DNA of 64,000 bases from Catajapyx aquilonaris. Lineage: Eukaryota. The stretch spans positions 1 to 64,000 of the forward strand of contig JYFJ02000807.1 of assembly GCA_000934665.2 (NCBI GenBank), in the 5' to 3' direction. Made by a program: the position numbers and the translations under genes. Shown here piece by piece: positions 52,451-64,000 of this stretch (the first letter of the stretch is position 1; each line of letters begins with the position of its first letter). Below the pieces are notes generated by a model. That model was not told where the DNA came from. It searched no databases and saw only the letters and a program-made list of their open reading frames with translations.

Positions 52451-52861
52451 ACCTCCACTGTTAGTAGTAGCCTGGTAGTGGTGGGCAGGAGGGGGAAGCA
52501 GGGTGTGGGGAAATAATAAAGAGGGGTGTACTCTATTGGGAGATGGAAGGCAGCTCTGTGTACATACATTGATATGGGCGGCCAGAGGTGGAGATGGATA
52601 GTAGTGCAGAAAGAGGGGGCAGTAATGTAGAGAGCATGTTGACTCGGGGAAACACCATGTGTGACACTTCAGGGTATGAGGAGTTAACCTGGACCGCAGG
52701 GAGCGAAAGCCAACCAGAAGTGGTCGTTCGAGTTGTTTCGGGGAATGAGTTAGCCCAGCCGCTGTGATGTAATCTCCCAGGTTGATTCTGTAGAATGGAT
52801 GTGCTATAGCAATGGCAGAGGAAGCCCAGTTTTGAGTTGTTTACTAAAACTTACAATACTA

Positions 52862-53772
52862 TTAGGGTCAATCAACCCGATGGGCAACTGGCGCTGATGC
52901 AGCTGAACACAGGGCCCTGAAACTTCTGCCACAGCAAGTGAGTATCAATATCTTCTATATGCGTAGATGAGAGTCTGCCTGCACATACTGCCACAGCCAT
53001 TCCTAGATGGTGCATGACCTGACAAGCTTGTCCAAGTGGGTTCAGCACATTGCTATTCCATTTCTGATGGCCAAGGGAAGATAACCACACAATTCCGTCA
53101 GAGGATGCATACAGTGTATGGTGCCAGTTGTGTGGCAAAGACAACCCTAGTGGAGTGGTGTCGCTGATTCCGAGATAGAAGACAATCCACGGCTGATCAT
53201 CCCTGACCAGGTCAGGCTCAGCCCGCAATCACACCTACCGTCATTGCACATGTGGACCAGCTGATACGGGAGGGCATATCTCGTTTACTTGCTGCAATGG
53301 TCAGCATTAGATATGGTACAGTGTTCACAGTTGTCCATCACCACCTGGAGTATACCACAAGATTAGTGTGCAGTGGACACCCACAGGTCCTAACTGTGGA
53401 GCAGGAGCAGCTGTGCATGAGATTGTCACAGGAACCTCTTCAACGCCAGTACCACTCCACAATGGTTGTCTTTGCCACACAGCTGGCACAGTTCACCATA
53501 AGCATCCTCTGATGATGGATTTCTGTAGGTCTGTTGCCCTCAGTCATCAGAAATGGAATAACAATGCACTTCTCCCGCTTGGCCATGTGCAGCAGGGAGC
53601 ACTTCATCTTGAAATGGCAGTGGAGTGCACAGTATGTGTGTGCAGACTCTGACCTACGCATTTAGAAGGTATTGATACTTGTACAGTCTTGCTGTGGTGG
53701 ATGTTTTACGTCTCTGCATGTAGCAGTATCCTCTCCAGGAACCATGAATGGGTTTCATTTAACTCACCCTAA
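52862..53772. mobile_element. Degenerate mariner-derived fold-back element
   Basis: TA-flanked termini TTAGGGT.../...ACCCTAA. The plus strand shows decayed transposase N-terminus (IPFLMAKG, VYGASCVAKTTLVEW, VDQLIRE, IRYGTVFTVVHHHL). The minus strand shows a second copy of the same N-terminus (IPFLMTEGNRPTEIH...ASCVAKTTIVEW). Confidence 0.8.
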
Positions 53773-54074
53773 TACAATTTGGTAATTAAATCATACAGCA
53801 TACATTTGCAATGTAAATTATAATGTGAGTGTTAATTGACACTCTGCGTATTCCCTTGTCACGGACAGGAAGGAACTGTGACTATATATTGCATTAATGG
53901 TGACAGCGGTGACCACTTGCGTGAGGTTAGGTTGGTAACAAGTACAGTCCATGGAGGGGTGGACAGGTGGAGAAGGGGGCTTGGTGATGTGGGTCAGGAG
54001 TAGAATAAATCAGACAGTAGACTAGTGGTTCCCAACCTTTTTCCGCGACCCCCGTTTGTAATAGCCAAGTAACC

Positions 54075-54439
54075 GAGGGGAGGTGTGGTGGCCGTGATTG
54101 TAACGTCACGGCTTGCTGTGTGAAAGGCCCCAGGTTCGATCCCCGCCTGGGGAACTTTCCTTTCACCTGCGTTGGGAGGGTCTCTGACCTGCACCAAGGA
54201 GGTGTCTGGCAACCTAACCTCCTGGGGAACAGCACATGACCCGTTTTCAGACGTGCACCTTGCACCCATGTTCCCTCCCCAAAAATCCCCTATCCCTTCC
54301 CCATGTCCTTTCATCCTTGCACCGGAGTGAAGAAGAAAAAATAGAAAATTGAAGAAAATGGTGGTATCCCACCCCCCTATAAGGACCCATGGCCCTAGCA
54401 CGGGGTAACGTAAAAATAAAATAATAATAATAATAATAA
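54075..54439 (+). mobile_element. tRNA-derived SINE (same head as the 22791 copy)
   Basis: A and B boxes, shared 3' stem-loop, (TAA)n tail; 16-bp TSD TAATAGCCAAGTAACC / TAATAGCCAGGTAACC. Confidence 0.9.
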
Positions 54440-55164
54440 TAATAGCCAGGTAACCTGTGACCCCCTCTTCACACCCACATTTGCATAAAGAGGCATTTTT
54501 ATAGGGCAAAGAAAACAAAATATTTTCATAACAATTATTACTTAATTTAAAAAAATAATATTTTAAAAAGACGTGGCGACCCCCCAGAAAACCCCTGTTC
54601 TAGACCCACTGCAAGAATTTTTTAAAAGGCTATTGGTAAGATTCCCATGAGTTAATGAAGTGAATCCACATCAGTATCATTTGACCTGAAATGCTGGCAA
54701 TCTGTATAGTAACTGGTAAATACAAAGTAGGACACATCAAACATGTTGGCAGGAACCTTCCCATCTGGGGAAGAGATCTAGTTTTTCTTAATGTGGTAGG
54801 AAAAAAGTATCGCAAACCTGGTCCATATAAGTAGGCAGTCGCGTGGACTTTGTGTACAAGAAGTTGGGAGCCCTACCCTGAGGAGCTTGCATTTCCTGCT
54901 GGTAGGCCCCTGCAAGGATAATTTTGAAGCCAGTTTTATGCAGTATTAGACTGAAAGAGAGTGAGTGAGGGGGAAAAAAGGATTCTTGGGCACACAAAAC
55001 ATCACAGCTTGATGAGGAGACATTGACCTCAGGCACATGGTGCCCAATGCACTCCAGTTTAGAGTCACTCTGAGAAAGTGGGGCAGCTTGTGTGCCGGTG
55101 GCCCATGAGCCAGGACATGCCGCAGCCTTGACACTTGCCTTTTATTTTCTGTTTTCAATTATGT

Positions 55165-55216
55165 AGGGTGACATGGTGGCTGAGTGGTTAGCGCTGCAGA
55201 CTTCCACCTCTAAGGT
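55165..55216 (+). mobile_element. 5' fragment of the SINE family seen at 3464
   Basis: AGGGTGACATGGTGGCTGAGTGGTTAGCGCTGCAGACTTCCACCTCTAAGGT aligns with 3464-3517, with CpG-to-TpG changes. Confidence 0.7.
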
Positions 55217-56897
55217 TTGCGTTTGGCAAGTCTCTGTTGTTTACGGACAACAAGTCCAAAGTACACAATATCAGTTACCAAACATGGCCAGTGTTTTGAT
55301 GGAACCATCCATGGAGTTTCATGAAAACTTGGCGGAAAATGTGTCCACACCATCCCAAGATGCCAGCCCAGGGTTGCCATGTGTCAAGACTGTAGAGTAC
55401 GCGGACAGTAAACTTTGCAGCTTTTGTGGAAACTGGGAACACATTTTACATTTTCCAAATCTAAATGTCATGAGTAATAGATGAGTACATCACTCTAACG
55501 ACCCATGAACTTGGAACACCCTGTATTTCTTCCATATGAATAGTGCTATTCCCAGTATCTGCCCTGAATTCCTATTAGAACTTTTAAATAGTACTGTGCC
55601 AAGAGAATGATTTTTTCTGATATATTTGCTTGATTTATAAAATTCATTATTCATTATTACAGTACTACAGTAAAACTTCTGAAGTCGAATCTCCATGTGA
55701 CCGGGGAAAAACTTACGAGTTATAGAAGATTAGAGTTAGAGAAGGTTGGAATTTTTAAAGTACAGAACTCAAGGAAGCCAACCTTTATATCCAGCAACGA
55801 AAGGTGTTAATAACTATCACTGTCACACTACAATCACACTTACAATGTTCCTCGTTGTTTTGTTGTAAAAGACATCTCTGTGATGGACATTTTGCCTACT
55901 CGTAGATTCAAGGATTCAATTGTCACAATCGAGTCAAACACTTCTTTCGGTACGTCTGGTAGACGGAAATCAGGTAATTGTGCCTTTCTGTACATGTGGC
56001 CTACTCTCGACCCTTCGGCTGGGAAGTAAGAAAATTTTTCGTACTCGCCAACATGAACTCCGACTTAGGGAGACTGAAAATGCATTGATATCCCATCGTA
56101 ATGCCCTGCCAGCACTTCGAGTTATGGAAGTTAGGGAAGTTTATTTCCTGTTATTTTACATTGTGACCAACCAAGCTAATAATCCTCTTCGACTTATAGA
56201 GAACTTCGACTTAGGGCAGCCCTACTTATGTTTTACTGTGTATGATAGGGGAAAAGCAAATTATTGAGGCAGTTTTTTGATGAGAGGCAAGGTCTCACCA
56301 TGATGCTAGAGGCACCTATTGCCAGGGGCCCTGAAAGTTTGAACCACTTTTGTGGAAGTTTGATTTTGCCGAACTCAGGTTAACACCTTGGGTGAGTGAA
56401 TTGTGGGTGGGGTAACTCCAGACACACATGCATGTATTCCATGCATTTCTTGAACAAGCATAAGCCAGTTTACTCTGGAGCATGTATGAGACTTGAAACG
56501 TTAAGGATATGGCCTGACTTTTGAGGCACCTGGTTTACTCTGGTGTAAAGGGGAACCAAGAAGTGACTGCAGGAACTATGTGGGTTTTTCCAACTTTTCA
56601 GCCCCCCCTCCCCCCGTTTGTGGCAACTCTAATTCAAAACCCCCAGAAAACCCATGCAGTCTTTTCCTGGACGACCTATACAGTATATTCTACAACCAGA
56701 GATGGCATGACATCCTAAGCCATAATTTAAATTTGTTGAGATTCATTGTTGTCATTATGATGCCATTACCAAATTAATAGTTACTTTTCAAGGGAATTTA
56801 GTATATACCATTATCAAATTTTCAGTAATGAAGTGAATTTCATTTTTGTATTATTTATTTTATTTCTTCCTACAGTGAACCATCACCTGAATTTAAA

Positions 56898-59800
56898 ATG
56901 ACTTCAACAGAAGAGGAAACTGAGACCAGCCGGTGGACTCCACATCATGGGGCACTTGTTTGGGGGAAGTTGCGAAACCAGAGATTATGGTGGCCTGGTT
57001 AGTATTTCGAGTGTCATTTTCTCGCATTATAATGCATGTGACAGTAGTGGTGGTACAGGGATGAGATTGTAAATTACCTGCTTATTACAATATATATTTT
57101 ATTTATTTATTTTTAGGAATAATTGTTGGAGCAAGTAATTGTTTCATGAGAAGTACAAAGCTTGATCATGAATGGGTGTACTGGTTTGGTGACGATTCAG
57201 TATCTCAGGTGCGTGTCTAAGTTTTTAAACATTATTGACTTTTTGTGGTTATGTGGGAAAGATCATCCATGTAAAAACTAGGCTGTGTGACTGCAACATT
57301 GGGCCAAAATGTTGCATGCATACACAGTGCTCCATTGCCCAGTTCAAGCACTACTGCTTGAAAATCTGCACCTGTAAGAAGGTTGGCCTGATGTCTCATT
57401 TGCATTGCCTAGTTTGCATCCAGCCTAAAGTACGGCACTGGTAGGGGGTGACTGGTTGATTCCAACATAATGAACCATGGTGTGACGTTTGGAGAATAAG
57501 TTTTTTGAAGACGTTATTGGTTTGCTCTGCTTTGTTCAGGTTCCACATCAGAATCTCTGTGAATTTGTACCCCACTTCAAAGACAAGTATAAGACACGCA
57601 GGATTCCATCATATTCTGCAGGAGTAGTGGAAGCCATTGAGGTAAAAATAAAAATCAATTATGACATTAAATTAAAGTGTTATATTGATGAAATAACCTT
57701 CTAGGCATGCAAGTATCGAGTGGAAAATGATACCAAAAAGGTAAAGTAGTGAAGATATTTTATACAAGATCAATATGTATTAACTTGAATATGATCTTAC
57801 AGGAGTGCAAGTGTGGAGTGACTGCAGGGTTGCTGAAGGTAAATTGAATATACAGGATGATCCAACAAGATGAGAACACTGCTTTCAAAAACCTTGTTAT
57901 TTAGGCTGTTTTTCATGATAATGAAATAGTTACATAATAGTTGAAAGTACTGTAATTGCTACACTGTCTGTGCCCAAATTGGCTGAGATGACAAAACTTC
58001 TTGGATCGCTATGCACAAAGAAGCAAAATCTGATTTTTTTTCATTATTAATACAGTATTTGTGTTTTTCTAGAAATGCAAGTGTCGAATTGAAGTTATTG
58101 GCAAATATCGGACTGAAGCAGTCTTGCTGGAGTGGGCTTACAAGGACTTTGCATTACCAGATGGAACAGTTGATTTTAACTACTTCAAACCAGATCCTAG
58201 TGAGTAAATTTTTTAATATATATTTGCATGTAAAAATAAATTCTGTGGTACAAGTTGTTACCATTAAATCCTAAGGCAGGCTTTCGTACTTAAGCAAATT
58301 GGCCCTCAGAAGCACCACGTGTAGTACAAGCACGACCTTTCTTTAAAATATATATATTTGAAGCCTAACTTGCTGACATGGAATCCTACCTTTCAACATC
58401 TTCTGTGGGAAAGTCACATTTTGGGGATGTCAGCAATGACAGCAATCCATATAAAGGCATAGCCTAAGAATTTCAGACCTTAGTTTCATTTTGTGGTACA
58501 GGCTCACCTGCTGAGCAGATTAACAGTTATGTTTGAAGCTGTTTCTTGGGCAACTGGTTTGGTAATTATTACCAAGTTAACCCTTTGTCTCCTGCGGCCA
58601 TGATGGTTGCATTATATTGCAACTACACAAAATAATATTTTAAAATTCACTGGTATAACCTCTCTCACCATAGAAACTAGAAGTTACCTACGTCTATGTC
58701 CAGGAGTATTTACGTCACTTGTGATATTTTTAATGGCATGATGGCATAGGCCAAAGGTCTCATTCATTGTAAACAAACCCTTGCTGCACGAATTTACATA
58801 CACATAGCTTCTGGCTACATATTTCCCTGTAAGCGGACGTGCAGCTGAAAACCACTTTAAAAATACCTGGTGGCTCACATTATCTCCTTTTAAACCGGAC
58901 CTTTAAAAATTTTTAAACGAACACTTAGTGTTTTCATAATTCATCAGAGACAGTGAGCAAACATGTAGAATTATCTTGGATTATTCAGAGGGGTGGAAGA
59001 CGCTTTTTTAACCACGCATAGCTGTTGCAATAGGTTGACGTCATTGTCTCATACATAGTATATGAGGCGCCTCATTGGGCTTCTCACATGATGCAACAAA
59101 AGTTGGTAGGTTCCGCCCCATCTTGTGCATGAATCGAGAGTGAAACCAATGATCCCAGATCCAGTGATTTTCACTTAGAGCAATATTTTAAAACCCCCCA
59201 CCCAAAAAGTGCAGAATCCAGTGGGAGACATAGGGTTAAAGAGGATACTTTGTAGTTTTTGGGCCCTTAAACTTAATAAATAAATACACTGTACTCCCGA
59301 TTATCTGGAGTTAAGGCGGTATGAGGGCCTTCCTCTGGTAGTAGTACCAGTATTGGCACTGATACTGCTAAGTTAGCAATATCTAGCAGATGGATGAAAA
59401 TTCGACACATTTTTTGGGACTTTCATTTTACATTTTAATTTTTGGCGATGCATGGATAATCGGGAGTACAGTGTATGCAGAAGATACATTCATGTATTTT
59501 CTAATACCAGGCTTAGTTGGTTTGGCTCCTGCCGACTCAGACATGCGAGATCATTAAGCTTGACTGGATATACATAGTTTTGCATTGAAATTCAACATGA
59601 ATGACGTCATAATTTGTCCATTGGTCACTGAAAATTATTTAATTATTTTTAGTTCGCCCAATTTCTTCTGCTCTTGAGGAAGCCATCAGAATTACTAGGA
59701 CGACGAGCCCACAAAAAAATTATCGCAAATCTATCGTGAAGAATAAGGACACTAATGACAAAAGTTATGTAGAAGGCACAGTTGGTGATGTATCATACAA

Positions 59801-62800
59801 TGGCAGAAAGCGCATTTCATCCAGCCCTGCAAAAAGTCCAGAAATAAAGCAGTCGGGTATGCGCAAGCAGAGGAGACACAGAAGTGGTTATTATACCAAG
59901 AGAGGTGAACCTTCCCCTAAGAAGAAACGAATGGTGAAGTACGACGAAATTCATGTTGTAGAGAGAAGTGGTTCAGAAGAATCTGGAATTGGTGAAAACT
60001 CTCTGAATGAAACAATAGCGTATGGGTGTGATGATCAGATGCAGCCAGATGGGTCAAATGAGGACTCAGTCATTATAACTGTTGTGCGCCAATTAACAGA
60101 TCTCAACAATCTCCAAAATGGCAGAATTCATGAAAATGAAAAGCGAGTGGCCCACAATGAAAGTGATTCTGGAATCAGTTGTGGGACACAGTACACTGAT
60201 GACAATAGGGAGCCACCAAATGGATCAATCTCTTCCATTAGCCCACTACCCATATGCAGTGCTGTGGAAGGTTTGAATGATTTCTTAATGAATGAGAGAG
60301 CAATGAAGGCAGGCCCTGTTCATCCAGGAGTTAGTGACATGAGTGCTACGAATTCCACACTAAATGTGAGGGTTGCTGATGAAGTTATCAGACTTTTGGA
60401 ACAACGCAACGAGAATGTCAACTGGTCACAGAGTGACATTGGCGCTGATGATGACCTCCCAAGTGAGGAACTAGCCACAAGGAATTCAGAAGATATATCG
60501 CTTTCTGGCAGCTTGCCAGTGTGTCCAGTGAGAGATTTTATGGGGCATGACAGTGAGGTGTTGGCATCCGAGGAAGAGAGTCAGGATGAAGACATCAACC
60601 ACATAAAATCCCATGGCATGCCACGTGAGGTAAAACTGTATAGTAGTACACCACAGACTAAGAGGTCCTGTCAAGAAGACCAACCTGTACTTCCATTAGA
60701 AATTATTGAAGTTAGAGATGAGCGTCCAACCAGTCGTGGGCATGCTGAAGTTGTGACGAAGTACTGTCTTTCAAAGCGGGTGCGAAATAGCAATCTCCTG
60801 ACAGATGATCAGATGAATATTGTGGCAGACAAGTCAGAAATTGATGGTAGTGCAGCGTCAAATCTAATAAGTAATGAATCGAAGAATGTGGATGACAAAA
60901 TATCTGATAATGCTGTTTCTCTTCTGGAAGATATTCCAGAGATCAGTTTCCCAACAAATGGTAGCCCTGAAAAACTCAGAACCAATGTAGATGATATTCA
61001 CAGCATGATTGGAGGAGTAGAAAATGTTGGAAGTGGAAATACTGCCTTGCAGAGTAACACTACCACAGAATCTTGGACAGCAGGTGCAAGCAGCGCTAAG
61101 AGCTTTACTGAAAAAGATCACCACCAGCCGAAGTCGAGGTCACGTGAGAGTAGGGAATCAAAAACTAAAGAAACCCACAAGAAAGAAAAGAAGGTGGATA
61201 ACAGAACAGAAGATGGATCAGGGAAAGGGCATGAACATGGAGGACATAGAAGCAACATTCAAAAAAAGACTGTGTCTGAGGTACAAGGCTTAGAGAAGAA
61301 GATGAAGGAAGAAGGCAGGAGGACTGACAAGACCAGTGCAACAAAACCACATAGCTCTACTTCGAAGCAAGGTAGTGACAGAGGTCAGGCAAGTGACATG
61401 CCACCAAAACCTAAGGAAGACTCGGCTCAACGCAAGTGGAAGGATTCAGAGAGAGAGAAGGGAGGTGGGAAAAGAACCCATGAAGTTCCCGTGGATTTAC
61501 CTGGAAAAACAAGCAGTATGACTCATGGCGAATTTTTGCGTCAGCGTTTCATGAATGATACCAGTGAAGGTAAGAATCTTAATTATATTGATAGGTGGAG
61601 GTGCATGCATATAAATATGGTTTGTCTAATTCTGCTGATCCTACGAGGACGAAGCAAACAGTAATTCACGAATTTTTTATTTTCGCTTCACACAGAAACT
61701 GAAACTGAGATATACACATGAAAGGGCTAATCTTTCTCTAATTTTAGACATATTCATCAGACACTTTGGTAGACTTGTTCCCCCGGGACATGAGTTTTTC
61801 CATACCACAGCAGAAAAAATTGTTGGGCAGGGTGGGAAGCCAGGCACTGACAACCTCTTAAACTTCATTGATGTTGCTGAGGTTTTGACAAGTCAGTAGT
61901 TCTTTTTTGGTCCGAAGAGAAGGTAGACCATGGTTAAAGAATCACCTGGCCTGTCAGCACTTCAGTGCCGTTGAGGAAGGGAAAGAGGCCATCAGCCACT
62001 GGCTTTTCTGCCAGCCTGCCTCTCTTTCTGCAATGGCATGGAAAAATTAGTGTCTCATTGGGATAAGTGAATGTCTGAAAAAGAAAGACTTGCCCTTTCG
62101 TATGTCTAACAGTCAGGATCAGTTTCTGTTGTGAAGCATCGGAAATAAAATAATTCTGAATTGGTTTTTTTATTCGCCCTCATAGTTTCAAGCTACACTG
62201 TGTCATGTACAGAGAGGATTGGGTTTAGACCTAACCTGTCTGTATGTATGTAGAATGGACATGCTTGCGTTTTCAGTGTTGTGAGACACTCAGATTATTT
62301 TCTCTACTGGTTTATAGAAGCTAAAGCCTCATCCAACATGTGTGTCAATTGAGCATGTTGGCTCCTTTCATTAAATAATACCGAAGCCATTCATTAACAG
62401 GGGCAATTTCTTTTCTTCCACATTACTCACCGGTTTCCCTTCACTATTGGTACATTATAGCATGACCCATTATGTAATTTTGCTTCAATATAGTAAAAAC
62501 ACATAGGTTTACCGACCTCATCTTCTTAGCCCCATGGTGTCATGATGCACATTGGCCGAAGTCATGTCTTGTGACAATTTTATTTCATGTTATGTGCATA
62601 ATTTAAGACACAAGTAAAACATATTGTGAGATTTGGAATAATTAATCATTGCCATGTTTGAGTTTGAATTCTATTTGTTGCAATGTGTCTTATGCCTTCT
62701 CTTGATGTTCCAGGAGGTGCAATAGATAAGGTGCGAGCTAATCATCTGAAGATAGATGACATATGCATTGCATGCAGGTTACTCCCAGCAAAACCAGTGG

Positions 62801-63955
62801 AATGCCATCCTTTCTTTTCCGGAGGAATCTGTGAAAAGTGCAAGAAGAAATTAATGAAGACTCTCTACGTATGCGGAGAAGATGGAACCAGTGTAAGTGA
62901 ATTGCTGTTAATCTTTCAGTTAATTATTTAGCTTGTATTATGAGTTGAATTGTTCAATGTAATAGATGATTACTGTGCATAGCTGGGCATAAGAGCAGTC
63001 CCTTGGAAAATTTTCCGGTGGGAGGGGCACAAGTGGTGATATCCACTCGCTCTGCTCACGCTGGAAAATGTCCCAGGGACTGCTGTTATGTCCAGCTGTG
63101 TACTAACCCATATATTGCAGCATACTGATAAAAACGGGAATTCCAGTAGGTACTGCAGTATGTAAAATAATTAAGGTCCCTGCAACATATCCTGCAAAGT
63201 GGCCAAAGCACTACCCAGATTACATGTCGTTCTCATTATTACTATTGACAATATTAGTTTGAATGCCATTTTGTCACTTACCCATGAATAAAGGCATGTT
63301 AGCACACCTTTTTTGTTCCTTCTTCCTCAAGTAAATTAAATGATCAAGAGTGAGCTCCCTCCAAAAGGAATTATAGGCAGTACCTGAAATTAGGGTGATA
63401 GTTTAAAGTGTCTGAACTTGAACTGGGCATGTGAAATGGAACCTGTAATGTAGTAAGATGTGCATTTATGGTTTTTCTTCTCTACAGGTTCATTGCACCA
63501 TTTGCAGTGAAGCCAAGCAAGTGATTACTTGCTCCAAACGTACTTGCAACAGGTAGTGTCTTTCATGGTATTCCTCACAGTACACATAGGGAATTATAGA
63601 GCAGCATTTCAATCATGCTTTCTTTACATTTTTAGTACGTTTTGCAAGAAATGTTTGAAGGCCTTGGCAGGCTCAGAAGAAGTGGAAACTATTTTAGGAG
63701 CTGACATCTTGACATGGCACTGTTACTTGTGCAGGGATGACTACGAAGACGTGGATTTGCTTGCCAAGCGGGATGGGTGGCAGCGCTATGTAAGTATATT
63801 ACCAGGCAGAAACAGACTCCAGAGTGTATTATTAAATATTTTTGCATTTCAGGTAATCAAATTATACTCACCTTTTTACTACATTAGTCATAAAAATGTG
63901 AGTTATAAGATTCGGCAAATGCGAGTTCTGTCCATATTTGATGGAATTGGAACAG
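56898..63955 (+). CDS. DNMT3: DNA (cytosine-5)-methyltransferase 3, 5' portion; continues beyond the right edge
   Basis: Exons 56898-56997, 57117-57208, 57540-57641, 57705-57740, 57803-57838, 58073-58199, 59653-61569, 62714-62892, 63488-63552, 63636-63789, 63853-63955; all GT-AG and frame-compatible. PWWP: GALVWGKLRNQRLWWPG...WVYWFGD. ADD: ICIAC...HPFFSGGICEKC...HCTIC...CSKRTC...FCKKC...WHCYLC. MTase motif I: RVLSIFDGIGTG. The order PWWP-ADD-MTase is diagnostic of DNMT3. Confidence 0.93.
58581..59235. mobile_element. Non-autonomous piggyBac-like element in a DNMT3 intron
   Basis: TTAA|CCCTTTGTCTCC ... GGAGACATAGGG|TTAA: TTAA TSD with CCC/GGG termini. Confidence 0.75.
59287..59473. mobile_element. 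TA-flanked MITE in a DNMT3 intron
   Basis: Perfect 19-bp TIR CACTGTACTCCCGATTATC / GATAATCGGGAGTACAGTG; TA TSD. Confidence 0.85.
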
Positions 63956-64000
63956 GTATGTGAAATATTATATTTCTGCGGGAAATGTCAGTGTCCAGGA

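Noticed and set aside
51669..52569. Multiple overlapping ORFs in the GC-rich block, read as a retroelement ORF1
   Set aside because: Stop-poor because of GC content and with no recognisable domain; better explained as a CpG-island promoter.
59736..61664. Stand-alone 642-aa gene
   Set aside because: It begins at GTG inside an exon bounded by an acceptor (59652) and donor (61570) that are in frame with the flanking DNMT3 exons.
1..64000. CRISPR arrays, operons or other prokaryotic systems
   Set aside because: The sequence is intron-containing eukaryotic DNA with no repeat-spacer arrays.

Overview
Eukaryotic, invertebrate-like genomic DNA with spliceosomal introns and three blocks. All gene models below were spliced by hand. 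(1) At left, a minus-strand multi-exon ankyrin-repeat gene with a GC/CpG-rich first exon runs off the window edge. (2) From about 11.4 to 51.3 kb lies a co-oriented minus-strand tandem array of 8 related single-pass membrane protein genes (labelled A, B, C, D, F, G, H, I). Five share a 5-exon plan: signal peptide / CUB-like first half / CUB-like second half / LDLa-like / TM plus tail. Three have only short ectodomains. Tails carry PPxY motifs overlapping YxxL motifs, and both the LDLa module and the tail motif are eroded to different degrees across paralogs. (3) At right, a plus-strand DNMT3 gene (PWWP, ADD, start of the methyltransferase domain) has an unusual 1.9-kb exon between PWWP and ADD and duplicated micro-exons. 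Interspersed are tRNA-derived SINEs with different heads that share one covarying 3' stem-loop, several MITEs and a fold-back mariner relic. No database search was run, so family names come from motif recognition.
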